The notes beneath the pieces are model-generated. The model made no database searches and was not told the DNA's origin. It was given only the letters and a program-made list of their open reading frames with translations. Shown here piece after piece: positions 10,516 to 19,832 of a stretch of 64,000 bases of DNA (within the stretch, counting starts at the first letter, position 1; every line of letters starts with the position of its first letter). The position numbers were made by a program, and so were the translations under genes. The stretch spans positions 21,764,001 to 21,828,000 of the forward strand of contig OZ076409.1 in assembly GCA_964187785.1 (NCBI GenBank), given 5' to 3'. This stretch comes from Amphiscolops sp. MND2022. Its lineage: Eukaryota.

Positions 10516-13500
10516 ATGGATGGAGAAAGTGTGCCTCCTACTGTACCTGCCGGCGGCTTCCTTAGTGGAAACGAGACAGTGTTTAATTACACTGATGATG
10601 ACGTTCATCCTGAACCGGCATTTGTTCGTTCTGTTCCAGGTTGGTAAAAATCTTTTCTGACTTCCATGGGTAATTGGACTATTTGTTTTTGGTGATCAGC
10701 CTTTGGAGTCCTACCCGCAACTCTGACGCGTCGAACCAGATCTTGATTTTTCAGTAACTCAACCTGTCAGTTCATCAGTGGCTGTTATTTCTTCTGGTGC
10801 AGTTTCCGAGGTAGTTCCGTCTGCATCAAGCCTTTTGCCCTCGGTTTCTACCATACTTTCTACTGCGCCAATCTCTTCTCTGCATGAGGCTCTAGTTGGT
10901 CTCTCGAGTACTGTTCCGCCCAATGTGTCTTCAGCTGCTGCTCCTCCTAATTCTCCTGTGGTTCCTTCTGCTGTCGGGGAGGCTTCGGGAGTTCAGGCGT
11001 TACCTGTGCGTTTTCGCGCTGTGCAGGCCGAAGACAGTGACAGTGAGTCTCAAGGAGGTGAGACCGATCCGCCGCCCGGGGAAGAAACGAGTTAGTAGAT
11101 TTGAATTTGTTGTATTAGTAGCGTGTTGGGTTTTGTTTTCGTCGAGTTTTCGGAGTGTGATATGCGTATTTTGTTAGCTCCCAAAACGAGTGGTTCTCGC
11201 AAGAAGGTGGGTTTTGGGACTTTGCCCAAGCGTGCTAAGAAGCCGTTGCCTCCTCCTCCTCCACTGACACCCGCTCCAGGAGGTTGGACTAGTAAGTTCT
11301 TGTTGGTTGTGCTTGTTTCTTTTGTTTCTTCTGTGTTTTTTTTTGTTGACATATAGTACTGTTCAGTTGTACTGTATTTCTTGATTGTGTAGGTCTAGAC
11401 GATCCGGAGGTGGCACATATCCTTGGCACTGGTTTGAGTCCGGACGTTGTTCGTGAAGTTGGTCGTCAGGTCGCCGATCATGTGGAGAGTCATCTACAGA
11501 CTGGTGGGTTATTTGGTGTTTTGTCTGTAGCTAGGTGTTTGTGTTGTATTTCGTATCGGTAGTGGTCCGTGTTCGTTGTAACCATAGTAAACTTTGGTTT
11601 GCGTGTTTTCATAGGTCTTGACGAGTTTGCTGATAGGGTGGGCAGTCGGCTGAGTGCGCGTGGCAAAGGAAAGAAATACAGTAGTCGGAATGTGTTGCAT
11701 CGACGAATGTTGAGCCTCCATCCTGCTTTTCCTCATTTCGTTAGTGGCGCGAAGAATGGCAAAGGCACACATTTTCACTGTCGTGTGTGTAAACGGGACG
11801 TGGGCATGAGAGCACAAGGTTCTGGAGAGTTTGCGCGACATTTTCAATCTGATGGCCACTGGTTTAAAGACGTGACGTATCGCGTGCACATGGGCCTGCC
11901 TGTTCTCAATAGGCTCATGGAGCCTATGGAGTTGTCTGACAGTCAGCTGGCCGAATACCGTTCGAAAGCATTTGAGGATTTGAGTGAAGGCTATCCTTTT
12001 CCTGAGGATTTGCTGCCGAAGCACTCCCGCGTGGAGTCGAAAGTCCCTTTCATGACACTGGTGGGTTGTGTCTGTGAGCTTTTGCGTAGTGGTGGCGATT
12101 TTGTGCTTTTGCGCCATCTTTGGAGCCACTTCTTGTTGACACTACCGAAGGAGAGGGGACCACAGTTTAATCTCAACTGGAGTCGTTCCGAGACTCTGGT
12201 GAGTATGTTTTTGCTTGTTTTATAGTTTTTGGCACTCTGTATAATACTCGTATGTGGCCGTTTTTATTGCTTCCTCTTTTTTTTTGTATTAAGTAGGTAA
12301 AGGTATGGGACGTTTTGAGTGTTATCCGTTTTAGGCGTTTCTGTGCCAAGGCTTGGCTCCGCGGGTGTTGCGCCTTATGCTGAGTAGTGTTTCTGGCTTT
12401 CGTGCGTATGGATTGCAGTACGAGAAAGAGAACGATGTGGAGCGATGCTACGTGTTATACTGGAATGACAAGCATTTGATGAAGATTTGTATCGGGTGTG
12501 AATCGTTGGATCAGGCCATGCCACTTCCAGAGTTAGTGCCCTTGTCCCGCATTGTGTGCAGTTTGGGTTCAACTTTGTTGCCCATTGCGATTCTCGGGGG
12601 GAGTCCGTCATTGCTTCGTGTGTTAGAGAATGACCGTTCTGATGCTCGCCGTTTCGTCATATATGAGAAGTTTGATGAGGAGGTGTTTCTGCGATGTGTG
12701 CAGCAGGCAGATCAGGACATTTTCGGGATGGTGAACGTGATAACGTTAGTGGACTATCTGTTGCAGCGTCTGAAAAGTGCTTTGTATGAGGCCTGGACAG
12801 AGGGCAAGGTGGTACTACGCAAGTGTATCCGGCAAGGGTCCGTTGATTTTATGGATTATCGTCAGCTGTTGACCGAATTTATTGAGCTGTGGTCTTGCAT
12901 ACGTCCTTTCATTCGCTGTACTGGGCACCCGGGGGCGAAAGGAAAAGCTGACAGTGTTAGTCAAATTTATTGTTTTTATGTGTTCTCGATTTGTGTGCTT
13001 TTTCCCCCTTTTTCTCAGTAAATTTGTAACGTATGGATGATGGTTGGTTGTAGATGAAGGGGACAGACTGGCACATAATCGCTGACAATATGACACCTTA
13101 TCGTTTCGGGCTGTTACGATTGGTGTTAGATACATGTGAGTATGGCCTGGTTGATCGGTTTTGTAGTTTGTGGATGCTTGTTTGATTGGTTCTTTCTGTT
13201 GCCGGATTGATGTCGCGAATTGAGCTTAATTTCATTGTTGATCGTTTCCTGTTGTTTCAGTTCACATCAATTTCACGAAGCTTCATCAGGGGCGTGAAGA
13301 CTACGCCTTTCACGGCTATGGTGAGCTGTGTGATTTTATCTACTGCCTTTTGCTGAAAACCCGGGCTACAGAGAGTCTGCCTAGTCTGAACGATTGGGAC
13401 GGGTTCATGGACGAAGAGAAGGTCGCTGCTTTTCCTTCCATTGCTGACGATGTGTTTTTGGCAAATTGCGATTTTGGCCGGGAGTTGCTCGCGGGCAAAA

Positions 13501-14456
13501 CTAGTGAGTTTCCGACTTTCCGTATTCGATGCCGAGAGTTTATGGATCAGCTAGTCAGTATTATCTTGAAAAGTCCAAGTGCCTCATCGCGTGTGTCACG
13601 GGGTATTTATAGCTTTTGTCCTGAGCTATTGCTGGAGGGTGATAGTCAGCTTGTTTTCCAGTTGTTTCCGGACCTATGCCGTGTTCTAGAGTCATGTGGC
13701 TGTCTGTCTTCAGATGATTCTAAGGCTGCAGTTGAAGAATTTAGCAGTTATGTGGTGGAGAAGCGAAATCAGCACGAACGGTCCATGGGAGTGGCCAGTG
13801 AGATTCCCAACATGGTCGATTGGCTGCTACGAGATTTCAGTTTCTTAGCTCGACATCGCGTCTGCCGCGTTTGGAAGCTATGTGTATTGGTGACTGGAAG
13901 ACCTCGCGCAGTTTATCCGGCTGTGAATTTTGACCTTAGCGGTAGCAAGTTGAGTATAGCCAAGTTCCAAGAGTGTCTACATTTAGTTCAGAGCTACGTG
14001 TTGAGTCCGGGGTATGAGCACCAGTCTTTCTTCACTGAGCCTACTATGGAAGCTGTGCAGGATGCTATCAGTAATGCTGGCGTATTCTATGTTGCTCAGA
14101 ATTTTGATTTGTGGGCCGATTTTTGTGGGGGGAGTGTGTCAGATTTCATCTCCCAATATAGTCGTTTGTATGATGCCTTTTTGTTGGCACAGCGGAAATC
14201 ATATGAGATTCAGTATGTGGAAAAGAATAAAGCGAACCGGCTTGCTCGTGCTCAACAGATGTCAACAAGTGCTTTTGCTGTCGGCGCTGATGCTTCGGGT
14301 TCTGGGAAGAACAAGGTGGGAGGTCAGCGGTCTACGTCAGGGTCAACAACGAGCAGCAATAAAGAGGCTAGAAGTGGTTTTGTGGTGTCAAAAACCAAGA
14401 AAAAATTGTCAAAAAATGATGATCCTGATGTTCGGCATAGGATAAAGAAGATTTGA
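10516..14456 (+). CDS. Spliced antisense gene in element A, ~1055 aa, BED-like zinc finger plus hAT-transposase-like body; exons 10516-10639, 10755-11090, 11178-11291, 11393-11503, 11615-12198, 12335-12955, 13054-13135, 13261-14456
   Basis: Seven GT-AG introns of 87-136 nt with T-rich acceptors join the exons into one stop-free 3168-nt frame. Zinc finger HFHCRVCK...FARHFQSDGHW at ~11770-11862. Homologous to the 32354-36510 gene. The first three introns are less certain than the last four. Confidence 0.8.
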
Positions 14457-14615
14457 ACTTTGTTATTGATGTGAACTGGTGAACTTAGTCTTGTTTTTCT
14501 TCTTTTCTTTGCCAAGATCCTTTATTTTATGTTGCTTTAGTTAGTTGATTATTCTAATGAAAAGAAAAATTGACGTTGCCATTCCGGTTCGGTTTGGTTC
14601 TCTGATCGTTTTTAT

Positions 14616-17600
14616 TCAGTTTTGAGGTTGAGAATTCTCTTCCGCAGTGATTGCGTCCAGCATCCGAAAATCAGGATGTGCATTAGGTCTAGGATTAGGT
14701 CGTAGGTTATATCTTCCCGTTTTTCTAGGATTGTATCCGACAACTATAGGCGGCAATGTAGGCGGTATTGGGGGACTTTCTGTAGGCGGCGGGGTCATTA
14801 TGAAAGGGTTATCACTGACGTCTAAGTTGAATGACGTGTTATCTCCGGAGGATGTTTTATCCATCATTGTATTCTCATCTGCAGTTGTTGTAACTGCTTC
14901 GTGGTCCGTTGTATCTCCGTCTTCAGTTTGTACTTCCGTGATAGTAGCTTCTTCATTGTCGTTTTCCGTTGGGGTTCCGAACAGAACTTCTCCGAATTCG
15001 GTTTCCCAAGCTTGCGCGTACCAATCATCGTGGGTTGTTTTAACCTCGGGATCTGGAAGCTGATCTTCCACTTTGACTGTTACGTCAGGTACTCGCTGAT
15101 TGGGCGCGTATAGCCTTAGGCGAATTCTATGGAGGGTTTGCGTATATCTTGTTCCCGTCCGTCTTACGACGTAATTGTTATTGGAAAGGACTTTGACCAC
15201 TATATATGGTCCTGTCCAAATGCAATCTTTGAAAGCGAATTTCATTGACTGGTTATCAGCCTTCGGGTTCAGGACGTAGCAATAGTCATTGATTTTCAAT
15301 GGCGTTGCTGTCGCTTTTTTATCATAATATCGCTTATACTTCAAATATGATTGCATGAGGTTGTCCTTGGCTGACTGGTGGATTTCAGCGATTTGCTTTT
15401 GTAATTCGTCCGTTAGGTCTTCGTTAGCGTCTTTTTTCCATTCTGGCTTGAGTCCCAGCTTGATATCCAGAATGTTGTACGGAATGCGTCCGTGAAATAC
15501 GGTTGTTGGTTCGCATCCTAGGCTTTCGTGGTAACTAGTGTTGTAGTTCATTACTGCAATTTGTACGTATTTGTGCCACATTGAACGGCGTTCTCCCGTT
15601 GATATCTTGAGGGAAGTCTTTAGAGATGCATGCGTTCTTTCGAGTATGCCGATTGTTTGTGCATGCTTTGTTGACGCGTGGCTAATCCGTATGTCCAGTG
15701 TTTGTGCTATTTGGTTCACGACATCTGATCGGAATTGTGATCCTTTATCAGTCAGAATCACTGTAGGCAGATAACAGTGACGTGTCATAACGTCAATTAT
15801 GCATCGTCCGACTGTTCTAGCAGTCATGTCTTGAGTGGGGTATGCGAACAAATAACGGGAGAAAACGTCCATCATGGTTATGATGTGTTTGTAGCCGTTT
15901 GATGAGGGTAGATTGGGTAGAATATCGACTTCTAGACAATCTTCTGGTCCGAATGTGAATTCTGTATTACTCAGCATTTTAGGACGTATTTGGCGCGTGT
16001 CGATTCGTTTGTTGGCTATGCAATCTGGGCAGTTGATTACCCAGGCTCTAATTTTCCGCGCTAGTCCCGGATAGTAATACTTTGCTCGGCTTTCCTGAAT
16101 CATTTTGGTTATTCCTGGGTGTTTGTTCATTTTTCCATGTAGCGTCGATAGGAGTTCTGGTACTATATGTTTCGGTATGAGGATTTGGTGATGTGTTACT
16201 GTGCCATCTTCTCCGTAGTATTTACGCATGAGTACTCCGTCTTTGACTATTATTCTTTCTTCGTGACGTAGTAGGTTTCGTCCTCTGGGTTCGGTCTTGA
16301 GAAGGTGTTTGTCGTATTCTTCGTGAAGCAGCCGTAGTTTCAATGCTTTCAATATCGGGTCCGCATCCTGTTCGTTGCGGATGCGGGCGTTTTCCTTGAT
16401 GGCTCCAAAGGCGTATACTGCTGAGTTGAGAGGTATGTGCACTGTTTCTGTGACTTCCGTTGTCAAGTTTTGTTGTTCCTTTTCGTCTATTGCTCGTTGT
16501 TTGCTAAGGGCTTTCCTGGCGAAAATTTCTTGTTCTGATTCCTCTTCTTCGTCTGGCAGGAAAAAGAGTTGTTCTCCGTCCGCAACATCTGTAGACTGTC
16601 GGTTAACCTCGATAGGTGCCGTTATGATGTCGTCTCGCAATTTGAGCTGGATTCTCTCTTTTGGAGTTAATTCGAGGCGAGACAGGAAGTCGGCTGCTGT
16701 ATTTTGCGAGCCAGCTACGTGCATGATGCGGAATTTGAACTGGAGTACGTAGTCACAGGCATTCCAGAGAGCGGGTGGCGTTGTTTTCGTCTGGAAAAAT
16801 CTCGTTACTGATCTGTTGTCTGTCAGTACTAGTGTAGGTAGTGTTGTTTCCCAGAGAATGTGACTATATTCAAGGAATGCGTGATATATTGCGAGGAATT
16901 CTTTACAGTATATCGACATCTTCAGTTGTGACGGCGAGAATACGCGGGAACCAAAAGCGACCGGTGCGAAAGTTTTCCGTTTGGAGAGTAGCTTTTTGTC
17001 GTCGTTTTCTTCTATCATTAGGGCGTAACCTGATGCCCGGAAGCTTGCGTCCGTCATTAGTACGTATTGTTTTCCCGCAACTGGTTGTCTGAGGGCTAGC
17101 CCACATGCTTCCGCTAGGCTTGCGTTGATGGCTTTGAAGTTGTCGACTAATTCTTCTGATATGGTGATTTTGGCATCTGCTTTTAGGAGTTCGTACATTC
17201 CAATCATTTTTTCGGACAGTCTTGGTATGTAGTTTCTGTAGTAGTTGATGAATCCAATGTATTTCTGGACTTGTTTCTTTGACCGGGGAAATCTGATTTT
17301 TGACAAGAAGCTGGTGATTTTGTGTTCTTGCGGTGCTACTCCGTGGGGTGTGATGGTTCTTCCTAGGAATTCAATTTGGGTGACACCAAAGTGGCATTTT
17401 TCAATTGTGAGTTTTAGTCCTGCCTTGCGGATGCATTTGAAGACTGCTCTGATGTTCTTAATGAGTTGTTCCGTTGTGTTGGCGGCGATTCCGATGTCGT
17501 CCACATATTGGGCACACTGGTCTGCTTTGATGACGGTGTCAAGGTATTCCCGCATGAAGCTCGAAAAGGCTGACAAGGCTCTACTAAGGCCTTGGGCTAG

Positions 17601-19832
17601 CCTACGATAGGCAAACGTTCTACTAGCAAAATTAAATGCAAGGAGTTCTACTGACCTTTGATCTGCCATTTGGAGGCAGTGATAGGCTTGTGAGCAATCT
17701 AGTTTGCAGAACAGTTGCTTCCCCGCTAGGTGTTGTGCGGCATCTGAGAGGGTGCTGATGGGGTGGTTGTTGTTTATGTAGTCATCTGAGATGAGGGCGT
17801 TGATCTTCCGTAAGTCTACTAGGAGCCGTAGTTTTCCGTTGGGTTTGCGTTGCGCGAAGATGGGGCTGGCATATTTCGAGAATGGGAGGGTTGTGATGAT
17901 CCCGTATTTGTGCATCAGTGCCAGTTCTACTGTGAGATCGTCTTTGAGGTTGATGGGTACGGGGAGGCTTTGTGTATATACCGGTTTGTCGTTTTTGGGA
18001 GTTAGGCATACCTTGAACTGGTTGTTCATTCCGATGTCCAGTCGGTGACGTGCAAAAATGTCATTGAATTCGACTAGGGTGGACTCTAAGTTTTCACGGT
18101 CTTCTCCCGTTATTAGTGAATCATTCCATTTGAATAGCGAGAGGAATTGTGTTCTAGATTTTTCGTCTTGTTTGGGGTCCAGTTCTTCTAGTCTTTGTAG
18201 TTCACGTAGTTCTCGTAGAATGCGTTGTTGGATGGGTGTGTGTTCCGATTCATCTCCGGGATTTTCGGGAGTTGGGAACCAGAATTTCTCTTCTGTTTGT
18301 TCTGACGAATCAACTTGCATCAGTGCATTAACGTACGCAACAACATCGTCGTGTTCGGTGAGTAGATTGAGGGCTGCTATGTCTACTGCTCGTATCAATT
18401 TCGTTTCTTCGGGTTTCAGTATTTGTAATTCTGCTAGTTTCGTATGTGGCGTTACTGTATAGGGGAAGTCTGTGGTGTTCGCTATTTTAATCGCGACTCG
18501 TTTGTCTCGGGCTGTTGTTATTGCTGGGGCTACTATGAGTTTTGCATTTTCGTCGAACTGTGGTAAAGGTTGGACTGTCCCAGTTATTGAGTGGTCATTG
18601 CTTGTGGTGATGGAGGCGTGGATGATCCGTGTGGCTTGGGCTGGTATGGTGTGTTTTTCTTCCGTTTTGATAGTGATGGGTTTGGGGTTGCACTTTTGTC
18701 TTTCATCTTTTAGGGCTAGAGTGATTTGTATTTTAGGAAAGTCTATGGTTCCTTGTGCAGTATCTAGGATTGCGGAATGTTTCCGGAGGAATGCCAGGCC
18801 AATGATTGGGTAAGATGTTTTGGTCATGATGATGAAAGTCTCCTCGAACGCGTAATCCCCGATTTTGAATTGCATTGTGTATGTTGCACGGGCTTTTTCG
18901 AGTTCTGTGTTGGCATATTGTATCTTGAAAGGGGGCGGAGGTGCTTTCGCGATTATGGTTGCGTTGGCTTCAGTTTGTATCTTGTCTGCATCTCTTTCAC
19001 TGATGACGTTGATGTAGGCTCCCGAGTCGACTAATGCATCAATTCTAGTGTTTTCAAAGTCGAGAGGAATAGAGAGCATTCTTTTCTTCTTTTTGAGGGT
19101 AATTGCCGACATTAACGGAATGTAGTCGTCGTCTTTATCATGTTGTATGAATTCTTTTATGATGTTGAGATCGTATGGCAGTTGTTGTGGGCATTCCGTT
19201 ACTTCGTCGTCTTCATGATTGTTGTTCTGATTTGGCAATTCAGATGCTGTTGTTGGGGGTGATACTATTTGATCGGCTACTCCGCGTTGTTCTTTTGCTT
19301 GTTGTGACCATATTGTTTTATCCTCAATGCAGATAATATTCTCTGCATCTATTGGTGTGTACGTGGTGGTGACGGGTGTTGGCGAGGATTGTGTTGTCTT
19401 TTTTAGGATTGGTGACGAAGGTGTTGGTAGGGTTGTACTCTCGGTGACTTGAGCTTGAGGATTTGAAACTTGGATCTTAAAAGAGAGTTTGTTTGTGTCA
19501 TAGATGGCTGGTTCATCCCAGGGATCACATCTATAGTCTTTATCATATATGTAAATGCGTTCGGTCTTTGATTCTGGTAAGGGTCTTTTTAGTGTCGCGT
19601 AGTTATCGGGCGATTCTGTTATCCATTGGGGTAGTGGTGTTGGGTCTTCTGGGTGTCGTGCATTGTGTCTAAGTATCATGCCTACGTTCCAACGACGTTG
19701 CCAGTCCTGTGTCGGTTCTTCGTTGCATTCCGTCATGAAGTCTTCTTCGTAGTGATTGGGGGGGTCTTCTATTGTGTACGCCCTCGCGTCTACCGTTTCC
19801 CCGAAGCGGAGGCGCGGCGTTTTCAGTTTTTT
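14616..19832 (-). CDS. pol: Pol polyprotein of element A (protease, dUTPase-like spacer, RT, RNase H, integrase), probably expressed by -1 frameshift from gag
   Basis: 1706-aa ORF, open upstream to the slippery site; ALVDSGA, LPFSKYASPIF, YVDDI, MTDAS, HPGITK...CPDC, DILP...TDKGSQF...LERTH, WTGPY; Gypsy domain order. Confidence 0.97.
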   Translation of the reverse strand, partial: KKLKTPRLRFGETVDARAYTIEDPPNHYEEDFMTECNEEPTQDWQRRWNVGMILRHNARHPEDPTPLPQWITESPDNYATLKRPLPESKTERIYIYDKDYRCDPWDEPAIYDTNKLSFKIQVSNPQAQVTESTTLPTPSSPILKKTTQSSPTPVTTTYTPIDAENIICIEDKTIWSQQAKEQRGVADQIVSPPTTASELPNQNNNHEDDEVTECPQQLPYDLNIIKEFIQHDKDDDYIPLMSAITLKKKKRMLSIPLDFENTRIDALVDSGAYINVISERDADKIQTEANATIIAKAPPPPFKIQYANTELEKARATYTMQFKIGDYAFEETFIIMTKTSYPIIGLAFLRKHSAILDTAQGTIDFPKIQITLALKDERQKCNPKPITIKTEEKHTIPAQATRIIHASITTSNDHSITGTVQPLPQFDENAKLIVAPAITTARDKRVAIKIANTTDFPYTVTPHTKLAELQILKPEETKLIRAVDIAALNLLTEHDDVVAYVNALMQVDSSEQTEEKFWFPTPENPGDESEHTPIQQRILRELRELQRLEELDPKQDEKSRTQFLSLFKWNDSLITGEDRENLESTLVEFNDIFARHRLDIGMNNQFKVCLTPKNDKPVYTQSLPVPINLKDDLTVELALMHKYGIITTLPFSKYASPIFAQRKPNGKLRLLVDLRKINALISDDYINNNHPISTLSDAAQHLAGKQLFCKLDCSQAYHCLQMADQRSVELLAFNFASRTFAYRRLAQGLSRALSAFSSFMREYLDTVIKADQCAQYVDDIGIAANTTEQLIKNIRAVFKCIRKAGLKLTIEKCHFGVTQIEFLGRTITPHGVAPQEHKITSFLSKIRFPRSKKQVQKYIGFINYYRNYIPRLSEKMIGMYELLKADAKITISEELVDNFKAINASLAEACGLALRQPVAGKQYVLMTDASFRASGYALMIEENDDKKLLSKRKTFAPVAFGSRVFSPSQLKMSIYCKEFLAIYHAFLEYSHILWETTLPTLVLTDNRSVTRFFQTKTTPPALWNACDYVLQFKFRIMHVAGSQNTAADFLSRLELTPKERIQLKLRDDIITAPIEVNRQSTDVADGEQLFFLPDEEEESEQEIFARKALSKQRAIDEKEQQNLTTEVTETVHIPLNSAVYAFGAIKENARIRNEQDADPILKALKLRLLHEEYDKHLLKTEPRGRNLLRHEERIIVKDGVLMRKYYGEDGTVTHHQILIPKHIVPELLSTLHGKMNKHPGITKMIQESRAKYYYPGLARKIRAWVINCPDCIANKRIDTRQIRPKMLSNTEFTFGPEDCLEVDILPNLPSSNGYKHIITMMDVFSRYLFAYPTQDMTARTVGRCIIDVMTRHCYLPTVILTDKGSQFRSDVVNQIAQTLDIRISHASTKHAQTIGILERTHASLKTSLKISTGERRSMWHKYVQIAVMNYNTSYHESLGCEPTTVFHGRIPYNILDIKLGLKPEWKKDANEDLTDELQKQIAEIHQSAKDNLMQSYLKYKRYYDKKATATPLKINDYCYVLNPKADNQSMKFAFKDCIWTGPYIVVKVLSNNNYVVRRTGTRYTQTLHRIRLRLYAPNQRVPDVTVKVEDQLPDPEVKTTHDDWYAQAWETEFGEVLFGTPTENDNEEATITEVQTEDGDTTDHEAVTTTADENTMMDKTSSGDNTSFNLDVSDNPFIMTPPPTESPPIPPTLPPIVVGYNPRKTGRYNLRPNPRPNAHPDFRMLDAITAEENSQPQN
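19780..19832 (-). promoter_or_regulatory. Putative -1 ribosomal frameshift signal (A AAA AAC plus downstream stem-loop)
   Basis: gag ends CCA AAA AAC TGA; pol is in the -1 frame; ACGCC...GGCGT and inner CCG/CGG pairing follow a few nt downstream. Confidence 0.75.

Noticed and set aside
9345..14456. env gene
   Set aside because: The long gene is antisense and has a zinc finger; ORF3 is acidic and lacks an evident signal peptide or transmembrane anchor.
10400..14500. Antisense gene as a host gene or a nested hAT transposon
   Set aside because: It lies wholly inside a TSD-bounded young LTR element, I see no TIRs or 8-bp TSD around it, and a homologue occupies the same position in element B.
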